Shown piece by piece: positions 32,860-41,823 of a stretch of 42,513 bases of DNA. Each line of letters starts with the position of its first letter. Position 1 is the stretch's first letter. The notes under the pieces are model-generated. The model did no database searches and had not been told where the DNA came from. It saw only the letters and a list, made by a program, of their open reading frames with translations. Source of the DNA: a virus; IMG/VR virus record IMGVR_UViG_3300029240_000023, positions 1-42,513 of that record, one strand, 5' to 3'. Position numbers and translations under genes: made by a program.

Positions 32860-33230
32860 GACACGCTCACCTTCGTAACGGCGATGGACACTGAGTTCAG
32901 AGACTTTGCCACCCGCCTGACCATGTAGTCATACAGGGGCTTCCCGTCCTCGTCATACACAGGCTCCTTGTCCAGAAATAGCACGGTATTCTCGTCAACG
33001 GGGCAGGTCATGTCATCCGTAACGATGACCTTGTCATACCCGGCAAGATTGCCGAACTGCTCCACCTGAGAAGCCCCGGTCGCAGCGGATACGTTGGCGC
33101 GGAAGCAAACGGCAGGTTTGTACACAACAGTTTCCTCGCCGGTTTCGTTGCCGTCTTCGTCGGTGACAGGCACTTTCCGGTCATACAGCAGATACCAGAA
33201 GCTTTGCTTGTTTCGCTCCATGATTCTCAT
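32856..33230 (-). CDS. Head closure / head-tail adaptor-like protein, 124 aa
   Basis: Position; ATG 5 nt after GAGGTG. Confidence 0.6.
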   Translation of the reverse strand: MRIMERNKQSFWYLLYDRKVPVTDEDGNETGEETVVYKPAVCFRANVSAATGASQVEQFGNLAGYDKVIVTDDMTCPVDENTVLFLDKEPVYDEDGKPLYDYMVRRVAKSLNSVSIAVTKVSVS

Positions 33231-33239
33231 ACTGTCACC

Positions 33240-33551
33240 TCACAGGACCCCGGCCATGGGAACGATCTGCCGCATCATGGATTCCGGAACGTCCCCGTTC
33301 TCGTAGGAACGGGAAATGCCGTTCTCGCTGTGAGACAGCTCCCCCTCGCCGCCCCGCTTGTTCAGAAGATACGTAGCAATCTCCACCTGTAGATAGCTGT
33401 ACTGCTCCGGAACCTCCATAATGGAAGGGTTAAACGGGTATGCCCTGCGGCAAATCTTGCTTGCCGCAATGCCAAGGTAGGCAGAAACCGTGCTTTCGTC
33501 GGTTTCATTCGCCATGGCTTTTACCAATGCGTTTTTTTCGGCTTCCTGCAC
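33240..33551 (-). CDS. Head-tail connector protein (gp6/gp15-like)
   Basis: SHSENGISRSYENGDVPESMM motif typical of connector proteins. Confidence 0.7.
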   Translation of the reverse strand: MQEAEKNALVKAMANETDESTVSAYLGIAASKICRRAYPFNPSIMEVPEQYSYLQVEIATYLLNKRGGEGELSHSENGISRSYENGDVPESMMRQIVPMAGVL

Positions 33552-33567
33552 GGTTTCTTCCCTCCTT

Positions 33568-33831
33568 TCATTCTACGGGTTCTCCCGCCTTCTTGCGTGG
33601 CTTCTTGATAACGGGAATAGGATTATTCTCCGATAAACCAAACTTGGTGATAACTTCCTCGCGGGTGAGCGGTACGGGGTCGTTGAGGGTATCAACGACT
33701 ACCGTTCCCATCACCACAGAAGTGCTCTCAAGTTCGCGCCGGGTAATCACCTTGTCCTTTGCGGTAAAGCCCACGTTGCGAAAGTGATCTCCCTCGCGCA
33801 CATACACTTTCCCGTCAGAAACATAGAACAT
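33568..33831 (-). CDS. Hypothetical head-module protein, 87 aa
   Basis: ORF immediately after the capsid gene. Confidence 0.65.
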   Translation of the reverse strand: MFYVSDGKVYVREGDHFRNVGFTAKDKVITRRELESTSVVMGTVVVDTLNDPVPLTREEVITKFGLSENNPIPVIKKPRKKAGEPVE

Positions 33832-33842
33832 GGTGAACCTCC

Positions 33843-34880
33843 TTAGCCGTTGGTGATGATCTTTGCCAGAGCAATGGTCTTCGGGTCGGCCACGATAGAC
33901 CAGTTGGCAGATGCCGCAAGCTGTGCATCCGTGGGAGAAGCGGTATAGCCAGAAGTTGGCTTGGTGAAGCTGAACCCGTTGGGGTGCATGGTTTCACGGA
34001 TACGAGTCACCAGAGCGTCATAGCCGCCGCCCTTGAGAGCATCACGGGTCAGTTCGGAAGGAACCTTCACGGGAGCGGGGGCGTACTGAATTGCGCCAAG
34101 GCCGAGGACGTAGGTGGTGTAGGTGGCCGCTTTCGCACTTTCTCCGCTGGTAGCGGCGGTGGCGGGGCAGCTGTCATCTACGACAACAGTCATGCCATTC
34201 ACGGTGCCAATGCGGAGGGGGCGCTCAACGCCGTTGGCGTCGGTGTATTTCAGGAAGTCCAGCAGCTTCAGGCCAGCCATATTGGTGGCGACCTTACTGT
34301 GCATGAACACCAGCCGGAAAGCGTCCTGATTGTCGCCCACGGCCTTCTGAATCGCATCGCCAATGGTGGTCGCACCCATCTTGTTTGCATCCGCAACAGT
34401 GGTGGATGCGGAAGACAGGTCAGTGATGTGGTTCGCCCAACCGGCAAACTCACCGCTGCCGGTCACGCCGAACACCGCATTCAGGATTTTCAGCATGATG
34501 GACTGGCGCTGCTTCTGCCAATACTTGGACACCTGAGACACGATCTGCTGCATGGGGTCGGCACCGCTGTTGTAATCAACGATGAAGTCCTTCTCCTTCC
34601 AGCCGTGGGCGCGGCCAAACACGATACCATTCTGAGCGCTGCCTTCGGGGTCGGTCAGGGTGATGTCAGTCGCGCCATCGTAGTTCTCAGGAGTGCCGCC
34701 AATAACTTTGTAGAACGGCAGGGTGTAGAAATCGGAGCCGTTGGAAATCAAACTCGCCAGCTCTGCGTTCGGGGCGACAGCGCCGCTCTCAAACATCGCG
34801 GTCAGGGTGGGGTCTTTCGCATTTGCCCAGTTGTAGTTAAACAGCTCGGGGTCAAACGGAAAGCCAAGATAAGTAGCCAT
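33843..34880 (-). CDS. Major capsid protein
   Basis: 345-aa ORF directly after the scaffold gene; strong SD; composition typical of a capsid protein. Confidence 0.8.
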   Translation of the reverse strand: MATYLGFPFDPELFNYNWANAKDPTLTAMFESGAVAPNAELASLISNGSDFYTLPFYKVIGGTPENYDGATDITLTDPEGSAQNGIVFGRAHGWKEKDFIVDYNSGADPMQQIVSQVSKYWQKQRQSIMLKILNAVFGVTGSGEFAGWANHITDLSSASTTVADANKMGATTIGDAIQKAVGDNQDAFRLVFMHSKVATNMAGLKLLDFLKYTDANGVERPLRIGTVNGMTVVVDDSCPATAATSGESAKAATYTTYVLGLGAIQYAPAPVKVPSELTRDALKGGGYDALVTRIRETMHPNGFSFTKPTSGYTASPTDAQLAASANWSIVADPKTIALAKIITNG

Positions 34881-34898
34881 AATGTTTTACCTCCATAA

Positions 34899-35459
34899 TC
34901 ATTTCAAAATTGTTTTCCAGTCAGGATTGTTCTTGATAAACTCCATCTGGGATTTGGTGTCGAGTTTCAGGAAATCCGCCTTGGTCATTGCGCCGCCGGG
35001 GTTTCCATCCGCGCCTCTGGGCGTTCTTTTCAGCTTGTCCGCAATGACTTTTTGGGCGTATTTTTCCAAAAACGTCTGGTTGTTGGCAAAAACCGTAGCC
35101 ATATCTCCGGATTCCATGGCCGCCGCAGTAGCGTCCGCAAGGGCTTCATCATAGCCCTGCGCAACCAGCTTTGCTTTGTAACCGGCAACGGTTTTTTCCT
35201 TCCGCAGACCGGCCAGTTCCTTTTCCATGTTCTCCCACTTTTCGGCCTGCTCCTGTTGCTTCCTCTGCTCGTCAGTCAGAAGCGCATTGTGCTTACGCTT
35301 CCATTCCGCAGCCTCGGAATTGGCCTTGGACAGCGCGTTTTTCTGCCTTTCCAGCTCTACGGCGTTGTCCTCGTACTCAAAGCCCTCCAAAGCGGCAAGC
35401 TTCTGTTCCGGGGTCATGTCCGCATAACCTTCAATGAGATTTGTGTCGATTTTTGCCAT
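34899..35459 (-). CDS. Capsid scaffolding protein
   Basis: Charged coiled-coil protein with an MTPEQKLAALEG-type N-terminus, upstream of the capsid gene. Confidence 0.75.
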   Translation of the reverse strand: MAKIDTNLIEGYADMTPEQKLAALEGFEYEDNAVELERQKNALSKANSEAAEWKRKHNALLTDEQRKQQEQAEKWENMEKELAGLRKEKTVAGYKAKLVAQGYDEALADATAAAMESGDMATVFANNQTFLEKYAQKVIADKLKRTPRGADGNPGGAMTKADFLKLDTKSQMEFIKNNPDWKTILK

Positions 35460-35567
35460 AATTATTCCTCCTGCGTTTGGTGAGGCGGTTCCCTCCGCCG
35501 TGATCTCTGTTTTTACGGGTTGTCTCCCGTCTGCGTTTTTGATAGAGCAGCTTCCCTGCTGCTGTTA

Positions 35568-35643
35568 TGGAGGGCTGTACAGGCTTCGATCCTGTGACCT
35601 GCGGATTAACAGTCCGTTGCTCTACCAACTGAGCTAACAACCC
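35568..35643 (-). tRNA. tRNA-Asn (GTT) with encoded CCA
   Basis: Hand-folded cloverleaf: acceptor GGGTTGT/ACAGCCC, D-arm GCTC-AGTTGGTA-GAGC, anticodon loop CTGTTAA. The T-loop ATCGAAG is atypical. Confidence 0.75.
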
Positions 35644-35728
35644 ACATATCCCCGGCTTACGGTGCCGGGGAACCGCTTTGCCCGTTTCCGGGTTTCATCG
35701 CCGATAGGGAGGCCATCGGCGATATATA

Positions 35729-35797
35729 TGGCGCGAGGCCGATTTGAACGTCCTTCTGTGGGGGGAGAGGTGAACCCCACTCGCTGTCTGCCGCGCC
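35729..35797 (-). other. tRNA-like element with non-canonical core (possibly a degenerate tRNA)
   Basis: Good acceptor GGCGCGG/TCGCGCC and a T-arm with TTCAAAT loop. No D-arm. A 6-bp stem carries an 11-nt loop TTCACCTCTCC. Confidence 0.3.
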
Positions 35798-35987
35798 AAA
35801 TTTTAGTCTTCTATTCTTCATGTACTCGGCTTGTGGCCGAGGGAATGTTTTTGCGGGACGGGGCAAGCTACTTTGAGCTATCGTGCGCTTATGTACACTT
35901 ATCACACAATGCTGTTCCTTCTCCTTCGCTTTGGCTGCCTTGCGCATACAGCAGTTACCGGCGTGCTTGAATTGTCCAGCCCCCCGC

Positions 35988-36061
35988 TGGTTGCGGCAGA
36001 AAGAATCGAACTTCCATTACATGGGTCAAAACCATGTGCCTTACTTTTTGGCTATGCCGCA
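35988..36061 (-). tRNA. tRNA-Gln (TTG) with encoded CCA
   Basis: Hand-folded: acceptor TGCGGCA/TGCCGCA, anticodon stem CATGG/CCATG with loop TTTTGAC, T-arm GGAAG-TTCGATT-CTTTC. Confidence 0.7.
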
Positions 36062-36065
36062 GTGT

Positions 36066-36137
36066 AAAAAAAGAAGGGCTTCCAATACCATTTCTGGTAT
36101 CAGAAGCCCTTCGGCTGTTCGCTGCTCCCTAGAGCAG
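36066..36137 (-). promoter_or_regulatory. Three-hairpin RNA element, copy C, 5' of the tRNA / capsid unit
   Basis: H1 36122-36127/36132-36137. H2 36105-36108/36113-36116. H3 36073-36082/36103-36112 plus a T7 run. Confidence 0.6.
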
Positions 36138-36199
36138 TCACAAATTATACCATTTGGTGTGGCTCTTCCGCGAAAGGTGCGGCGCTCTTTGCCAAACAG

Positions 36200-36349
36200 T
36201 CAGTTAACCTTCTTGCGCCGAATCTCAATGACCACGATCTGGCCTTGTTCGACTTTGATTTCCGCCTGATTCCGGCGGTGGATGATTTCCTCAATCGCCC
36301 GAATTTCCTTCGCCGTCACTCTGACCGCCGGTCTGGTTTCCGCTTCCAT
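36200..36349 (-). CDS. Possible 49-aa ORF overlapping the portal 3' end (MEAETRPAVRVTAKEIRAIEEIIHRRNQAEIKVEQGQIVVIEIRRKKVN)
   Basis: Hand translation; ATG 6 nt after GGAGGGA. Confidence 0.35.
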   Translation of the reverse strand: MEAETRPAVRVTAKEIRAIEEIIHRRNQAEIKVEQGQIVVIEIRRKKVN

Positions 36350-37745
36350 CGCCGTTCCCTCCGTTCTGCGCGGCAAGCTTCGCCGCTTTTTTCTCCTGCT
36401 CGGCCATGTAATCCATGCTCATTCGGTAGGCCAACTGCGGGTCGGAAAATAACCCGCAATGTGTAAATGCCAGTTCAGGGGCGATCTTCTCGCAAGCAAG
36501 CATCTGGGTTAGAACCGTTGATTTCTGCGCGATATTCTCATAATTCCGCCGCGTGAACCGGATTTCCAGTGCCGATAGTTTCAGGCTCAGATGCCCCATG
36601 TCCCGGCAGATACGCAGCACCAGCTTCAAAAATTCCTTTTCGGACTTCTTGAAAATCAGCTCCGTGTCCTTGGCTCTGGCTTCCGCTGCCGACCAGCCGT
36701 CCCGCATGATGACCGCTGATCCGGTGTCAGAGGTAGAAGTCCCTCCGTTCCGGTTTGGCATTCCGCAGATTGTCAGCACCGTTTCATACATGCTGTCCAC
36801 AAGGGTCTGCGTCTGGGTCTGGTTCATTTCGGAGGTCAGATATTGAATCTCCGCTTTCAGTGTGGCGTCAATATCCCTGAACTTGATTGCGCCCTCGTCC
36901 CGCAGTTTCTTGTAGTCCTCGCTGCTGATGTCAACATTATGGAACAGCATCAGTGCTTGAACGAACTGCTCTACGCCGTCAATTCGGTTGCTCTCCGTCA
37001 TGTTGATTGCGTCAAGCAACGGAATCACGATTTCAAATGCTCCTAAACGAGCCATGTTCGCCGGGTACTCCACAATCGGGATTCCCAAAATCTGATCTTC
37101 TGCGCGAATAACAGCCCATGTGTTCCAGACCTCGAAATACCTGGTTTCTGTCCAACAGGAGAAAACGAGCGTTCCGTCCTCTTTTAGAACATACCGTACA
37201 CCCATCATAGGCTTATGTCCAAGCCCTACAGAGTACACCACGAATGCGTATCTTGGGTCAAGAGTGAAGATTTCAAAGGGCGCTTCGTCTTCTTCCACAT
37301 CGGCCAGAACGTCCGGCAAAGTCATTCGATAAGAGGTACCGCAAGTGAAGAGCCAATCGGCAAGTTCCTTATCCTTTTCCGGCTTGTCTTCGGACAGCAT
37401 ATAGTCATTCAGTTTCAGCACTTCGGAGGAAATGTCTTCGTCCCCGCCACGGCTTACGTACTGGATTGGTTCGCCGACCTGATAGGCCGATTTGAAAGAT
37501 ACGATCTCATTTGCTCGGTTCTCCACAACCATGTTGTTGATTTCCGGGCGGACTTCCTTTACGCGGTTAAGGATTGGCTGCTCTCCCTTGTAATACCAGT
37601 ACAGGTAATCAATCTCTGCCTGATTTTGCAGGTGCGTAAACAGTGCCTTTTGTAGCACGTCGATGATATTCCCCTCGTTTATATCCGTAACCTCGGTGTA
37701 AATTACCCGACGCCCGAATAACCGCCTGCTCTCCGTATTACGCAC
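36291..37745 (-). CDS. Portal protein (SPP1 gp6-like)
   Basis: Size, position after terL, and YLYWYYKGEQPILNR N-terminal motif. The GTG start is uncertain. Confidence 0.85.
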   Translation of the reverse strand: MRNTESRRLFGRRVIYTEVTDINEGNIIDVLQKALFTHLQNQAEIDYLYWYYKGEQPILNRVKEVRPEINNMVVENRANEIVSFKSAYQVGEPIQYVSRGGDEDISSEVLKLNDYMLSEDKPEKDKELADWLFTCGTSYRMTLPDVLADVEEDEAPFEIFTLDPRYAFVVYSVGLGHKPMMGVRYVLKEDGTLVFSCWTETRYFEVWNTWAVIRAEDQILGIPIVEYPANMARLGAFEIVIPLLDAINMTESNRIDGVEQFVQALMLFHNVDISSEDYKKLRDEGAIKFRDIDATLKAEIQYLTSEMNQTQTQTLVDSMYETVLTICGMPNRNGGTSTSDTGSAVIMRDGWSAAEARAKDTELIFKKSEKEFLKLVLRICRDMGHLSLKLSALEIRFTRRNYENIAQKSTVLTQMLACEKIAPELAFTHCGLFSDPQLAYRMSMDYMAEQEKKAAKLAAQNGGNGDGSGNQTGGQSDGEGNSGD

Positions 37746-37778
37746 CCCCTTTTCCGGAAATCTATTTTCTCATTTACC

Positions 37779-37807
37779 ATTATACCACAGTGGCGGATGG
37801 TTGTCTA
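37779..37807 (-). promoter_or_regulatory. Promoter-like element between terL and the portal gene
   Basis: Minus strand: TAGACA, 17-nt spacer, TATAAT with upstream TGG. Confidence 0.35.
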
Positions 37808-37844
37808 CTTAATTCTCGTTCGTAAACCATCGGCTACTTTCTGG

Positions 37845-39491
37845 CTAAAACGGCCTGCTGAAAACCTCTATAACCGCCCCGTTTAAGCTTTGGGCAAACT
37901 CAGCAAACATAGCCATTCCGTCTGGAACGTCATCGTGCTTATTCTTTCCCGCTACAGTGTAGGAACATAGCATATCCATCATCCTGCCGTAATCCGTGTT
38001 CCGCTTATACTTGCTTTCATCCAGAAACAGGCAGTGTTCCTTCACCCACGCCGAATTTACAATGATCTTTGTCTCTTTATTTGCCGTGGTGAACTTCGTC
38101 GTGATGTTTGTGATGCCACCCAGTTTCTTCACTTCGTTCTGAATCTTTTCAGCGACCCGGCGGCCAGCGGAGTTACTTTCAAACCGGCACATTTTCACCT
38201 TGTCCCGCACCAGAATTTCAGACAGTCTTGCATCAACTGTGTCAGGAAGCCCATTGTCGCAGATACAGTCCCCGATATAGTAGTCCTGCCCATATACATA
38301 TCCAACCGGCAGGAAGGCGTAGTCAGCGCCCTTGTCCTTGGTATCGCACACGCCGATAATGGCATCTGGTTCCTCTGCTGGCAGCTCAAAGAACCGCCGC
38401 AGTTCGTCAGGATGGTAGACAAGCCCCTCGCGTTCAATGGGTTGATTCTGATACAGCGCTTTCCAACTGACGCTATCCATAATATCCCGCTGTTCCCGGT
38501 AGAACTTGGTGGAGAACCCCACGCCAAACTCATAATCAAAATTGCTTTCGTCATCCTCGTTCATGGCCGGAATCCGAATGAATTTCGCCCGGGGGTTGTT
38601 CTCATATTCCCGTTCCAGCCGCCCGATCACATCATGCACGCTCCACCGGGTAGCAATATGAAGCTCTTTGCATTTGTCACCGATTTTACGCTGCCGCAGG
38701 TCGGTGGTGTAAGTCTCCCACAGCTTGTCCAGCCGCTCTTTGGATAGCGCGACCTCAATACCAGATACCAGATCGTCGCAGTACAGCAGGTTTGCCGCCC
38801 GGTACAGACCGGCATTTCCCGTTCCTATGGAGGTAAATTCCAGCGTTTCAAATCGCTGACGCTTATCAAGGTCAATTCGGCAGTCCTTTGCGTTGGTGCT
38901 GGACACCTGAACGGCAGGGAAGACATCATGCCATAGATATTCCCCCTTTGAGTCAAACAGCCGCAGACATTCGTCATACACGCCCCGCACAAAGGAATTG
39001 GAGTGGCTGCCCGTCAGATTCGGGTTGTTTGGGTCGCGTCCGGCAATCCAGGTCAGCAGGAAGATTGCAAGCGTGGTCTTTCCTACGCCGGGGGGCAAAC
39101 TAACCGCCAGCAAATCCAGCTTGTCATCCCCGCACAGCGCTTGCAGCGCGTCCACCACGGGCTTTAGCTGCTTCTTCCGTGGCTGATAAAACCGCTTTTT
39201 CGCCTGCCTGTCCAGCTCCATATAGGTGAGATAGCTGTCAAAGTCATATGGAGCCTCAAACAATAGCCCCCGCCGCCAAAGGCTGTAGAACCCCTCCACC
39301 TGAGACATGGGCACTTTATCCATCATTCGGTCGCACATATCCTTCAATTGTTTATTCGCCCGATGTGCCGCCGTGAAATCAGTCTCAGCCCATGCCTGAC
39401 ACAGGGAAAACAGGTCTTCGTATGCCCCGATATCACCCGGTCTGTTCTCGATAGCCCTCAGAATGGAGGTTGACAATTTCTCATAATCCAT
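37845..39491 (-). CDS. terL: Terminase large subunit
   Basis: Walker A SLPPGVGKTT, Walker B LLYCDDLVSG, and a C-terminal nuclease-like domain. Confidence 0.9.
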   Translation of the reverse strand: MDYEKLSTSILRAIENRPGDIGAYEDLFSLCQAWAETDFTAAHRANKQLKDMCDRMMDKVPMSQVEGFYSLWRRGLLFEAPYDFDSYLTYMELDRQAKKRFYQPRKKQLKPVVDALQALCGDDKLDLLAVSLPPGVGKTTLAIFLLTWIAGRDPNNPNLTGSHSNSFVRGVYDECLRLFDSKGEYLWHDVFPAVQVSSTNAKDCRIDLDKRQRFETLEFTSIGTGNAGLYRAANLLYCDDLVSGIEVALSKERLDKLWETYTTDLRQRKIGDKCKELHIATRWSVHDVIGRLEREYENNPRAKFIRIPAMNEDDESNFDYEFGVGFSTKFYREQRDIMDSVSWKALYQNQPIEREGLVYHPDELRRFFELPAEEPDAIIGVCDTKDKGADYAFLPVGYVYGQDYYIGDCICDNGLPDTVDARLSEILVRDKVKMCRFESNSAGRRVAEKIQNEVKKLGGITNITTKFTTANKETKIIVNSAWVKEHCLFLDESKYKRNTDYGRMMDMLCSYTVAGKNKHDDVPDGMAMFAEFAQSLNGAVIEVFSRPF

Positions 39492-39500
39492 ACTCTCACC

Positions 39501-39833
39501 TCACAGAGCGTCCGCTTGTTCAAATGCTTTCAGCAGTTTTGGAAACTGGATTGCGAAGAAATCCACCATTTCCTCGTTCTGCGCCCAGTAAGAGTTTTCA
39601 GCAAGGCCGCTTTCAAATAGAAATGCGTGAATGATCTCATGCCGCTTCACCTTGTTTGTCTGAGCCGGAAGGTTTTGCTTGCAATTTGGTTCCCACTTGC
39701 TGTCTTCGTAATTTTCGACCAGCATTTCTTTCGTAGTTTCATCACAGAAACCGTCACAATCCTTGAGCCTTGGCTCTTTGCTTCCCCGAATTACTGTAAG
39801 CGTATATTCTGCTCCCAAAACGTCGATTTTCAT
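39501..39833 (-). CDS. HExxH-motif protein (putative zinc metallopeptidase-like), 110 aa
   Basis: KRHEIIHAFLFESGL motif; ATG after GGAGGGAATTT. Confidence 0.65.
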   Translation of the reverse strand: MKIDVLGAEYTLTVIRGSKEPRLKDCDGFCDETTKEMLVENYEDSKWEPNCKQNLPAQTNKVKRHEIIHAFLFESGLAENSYWAQNEEMVDFFAIQFPKLLKAFEQADAL

Positions 39834-39850
39834 AAATTCCCTCCTGATAC

Positions 39851-39921
39851 AAAAATAAGGGCTGCCCGTGCGTATCTCAGCACAAGCAGCCCTTCGGCTG
39901 TCCTCCCGCCCTTGCGGGAGG
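39851..39921 (-). promoter_or_regulatory. Three-hairpin RNA element, copy B, 5' of the HExxH-terL unit
   Basis: H1 39902-39909/39914-39921. H2 39887-39891/39896-39900. H3 39859-39865/39886-39892 plus a T-run. Confidence 0.6.
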
Positions 39922-39935
39922 TTATTTCATCTTTA

Positions 39936-40274
39936 TCAAATCAAACCGGACAGCAACGCCACAAGAGCGCCAGACGCAACGCCTGTCACAACGCCAAACA
40001 CAAATCCTATCAGGCGTTCTTTCCACCGTTCCCGGTTTTCCAACTTCTCAATATTTTTGTACGCTCTGGCTTCTTCCAAAAGCCAAAACGCCGAATGGCA
40101 CTTATCTCCCCAGTGTATGTAGCCTCTGTTCCCGAGGGATTCCAGGATCATGATTGCATCTCCGTGCTTCATCTTCGATTGAAGTTTGGAAACAGAGTAA
40201 AATCCGTTCGGCAAGTCCGGTTCATAACCGCATACCGTATCGATCAGATACTTGGTATCATCACTGAATATCAT
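39936..40274 (-). CDS. C-terminally membrane-anchored protein, 112 aa
   Basis: ATGA overlap with the upstream small ORF; C-terminal LIGFVFGVVTGVASGALVALLSGLI. Confidence 0.6.
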   Translation of the reverse strand: MIFSDDTKYLIDTVCGYEPDLPNGFYSVSKLQSKMKHGDAIMILESLGNRGYIHWGDKCHSAFWLLEEARAYKNIEKLENRERWKERLIGFVFGVVTGVASGALVALLSGLI

Positions 40275-40375
40275 CCGATGCACCTCGCTAGGGACAGCGC
40301 AATGAATATCCCTGCCGGTAGCCCGACTAAGGCTCCGCAAACCCAGTCCAACCACTTGTCATATTTCCGTTTCAT
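40271..40375 (-). CDS. Small membrane peptide, 34 aa (MKRKYDKWLDWVCGALVGLPAGIFIALSLARCIG)
   Basis: Hand translation; ATG after TAGGAGGGATTGC. Confidence 0.4.
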   Translation of the reverse strand: MKRKYDKWLDWVCGALVGLPAGIFIALSLARCIG

Positions 40376-40399
40376 GCAATCCCTCCTATGAAAATTCGG

Positions 40400-40465
40400 T
40401 CATTTATGCTTCATAATCTCTATCAGCACGAATATGGGGAACAGCAGGATTAAGAGAAATTCCAT
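40400..40465 (-). CDS. Possible 21-aa hydrophobic peptide (MEFLLILLFPIFVLIEIMKHK)
   Basis: ATG immediately follows the TAA of the upstream gene. Confidence 0.3.
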   Translation of the reverse strand: MEFLLILLFPIFVLIEIMKHK

Positions 40466-40822
40466 TTACTTTTTCACATCCTTGCATACTCCTGAATACC
40501 CGCAGTCAGAACAAGTGATGACCGTCTGATATGTCTGCGGAACTAAACCGTTTACGATTGCACCGATAACCAGCCCAAGTAAAGCGCCAACAGCCAAGCC
40601 GATAACCCCTAAAAACATCAACCCGAACCCGCCGAATGTCATCACAAGTGGCACTGTCAGCTTTGGCTTATACTCTTTCGGTGTTGCCGTGACATTCGTG
40701 GAATTGCACTTAGGGCATCTAACACCGCTCCCTACATCCTCCGTAACCGCCGTTCCGCACTTGGAACAGAACTTTGCTCCATCGGGTAATTCGCTTCCGC
40801 ATTTGCTGCATACTCTCTGCAT
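40466..40822 (-). CDS. Double zinc-ribbon membrane protein, 118 aa
   Basis: CSKCGSELPDGAKFCSKCG, CPKC and CSDCG, with a central hydrophobic segment. Confidence 0.75.
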   Translation of the reverse strand: MQRVCSKCGSELPDGAKFCSKCGTAVTEDVGSGVRCPKCNSTNVTATPKEYKPKLTVPLVMTFGGFGLMFLGVIGLAVGALLGLVIGAIVNGLVPQTYQTVITCSDCGYSGVCKDVKK

Positions 40823-40826
40823 TTGG

Positions 40827-41603
40827 TTATTCCTCCTTCAAAATCGGTTCGTGCTGACCTTTTACCCATTCAGCGTCCTTATTAGACCGCTTTCCGTAGC
40901 GATAGAACCCTTGGTAAACTTTCTTGTTTTCATAGATCGTCTGAACCGTGCTGATAATAAACGGCTTCCCGCTTTTGTTCAGTTTCCCGGCACGGTTTAG
41001 TGCATCTGTCACATCTCGATATGTCATGCCTTCGGCATCTTTCATCCTAAAGATTTCACGAACTGTTTCTGCTTCCTCCGGAACAATGACCATTTGGCGG
41101 TTTTCTGCTCTGTACCCGTAAGGTGTCCTGCCGCCGCTATAGCCGCCACTAGCCGACTTAACAGCACGACCGCCGCTTGTTCTCTTGGTGATATTGTTTC
41201 GCTCCTGCTCTGCCACAAACAGCATGAGAGCCTTGTAGACATTTCCTAAGCCGGTATCGTCATTGACTACTTCCTCTGTTGCACTGATTAGCTTCATTCC
41301 ACGCTTTTCAAGCAGCATCATAAAGTAATAGTACAACTTGATGTCTCTTGCCATTCTGTCAGACTTCGCAACGACCACGGCCTCAATAGGCGGATTCTTC
41401 ATTTCTCCGTAAAGGATGGCATCAAGCTGAGGCCGGTTTTCTTTTACGCCGCTTTCGCCCTTATCCACGAACCACTCAGATACCATCATATCATGGCTAT
41501 CACAGTAGCTTGTGATAAGCTCCTTCTGCGCTTCGATTCCAAACTTATCGCCCATAGCCTGAGCATCGGTGCTAACTCTCACATAAGCAATGACATTCTT
41601 CAT
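40827..41603 (-). CDS. Short serine recombinase: resolvase catalytic domain plus recombinase domain, without zinc ribbon or coiled coil
   Basis: AYVRVSTDAQ catalytic Ser; E-helix ERNNITKRTSGG; TPYGYR...IVPEEAETVREIF; ends at GQHEPILKEE. Confidence 0.8.
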   Translation of the reverse strand: MKNVIAYVRVSTDAQAMGDKFGIEAQKELITSYCDSHDMMVSEWFVDKGESGVKENRPQLDAILYGEMKNPPIEAVVVAKSDRMARDIKLYYYFMMLLEKRGMKLISATEEVVNDDTGLGNVYKALMLFVAEQERNNITKRTSGGRAVKSASGGYSGGRTPYGYRAENRQMVIVPEEAETVREIFRMKDAEGMTYRDVTDALNRAGKLNKSGKPFIISTVQTIYENKKVYQGFYRYGKRSNKDAEWVKGQHEPILKEE

Positions 41604-41632
41604 ATCCGCTTACCTCCTTTTGTTACGATAAC

Positions 41633-41661
41633 ATATTACCATAATTACGGCATGAAGTCAA
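41633..41661 (-). promoter_or_regulatory. Promoter of the recombinase operon
   Basis: Minus strand: TTGACT (41661-41656), 17-nt spacer, TAATAT (41638-41633). Bracketed by TTACGG (41645-41650) / CCGTAA (41664-41669). Confidence 0.55.
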
Positions 41662-41823
41662 TACCGTAAACTCTTTTTGTATGACTGCATAAATTCTCTT
41701 TTTGATTTTTGGCGATTTTTTAGGATTGGTAGTTCCTTTTTTGTTTTTGCGGGATTTTTGAAATGTTGATTTTGTGCAGCATAAAAAATAAGAGAACCCC
41801 CGCAAAGGATGGCTCTCATTAAG

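Noticed and set aside
40827-41603. IS607-type or other IS element defined by the small serine recombinase
   Set aside because: The domain order is catalytic domain first, whereas IS607 TnpA has an N-terminal HTH. There is no TnpB, and I found no terminal inverted repeats around the gene.
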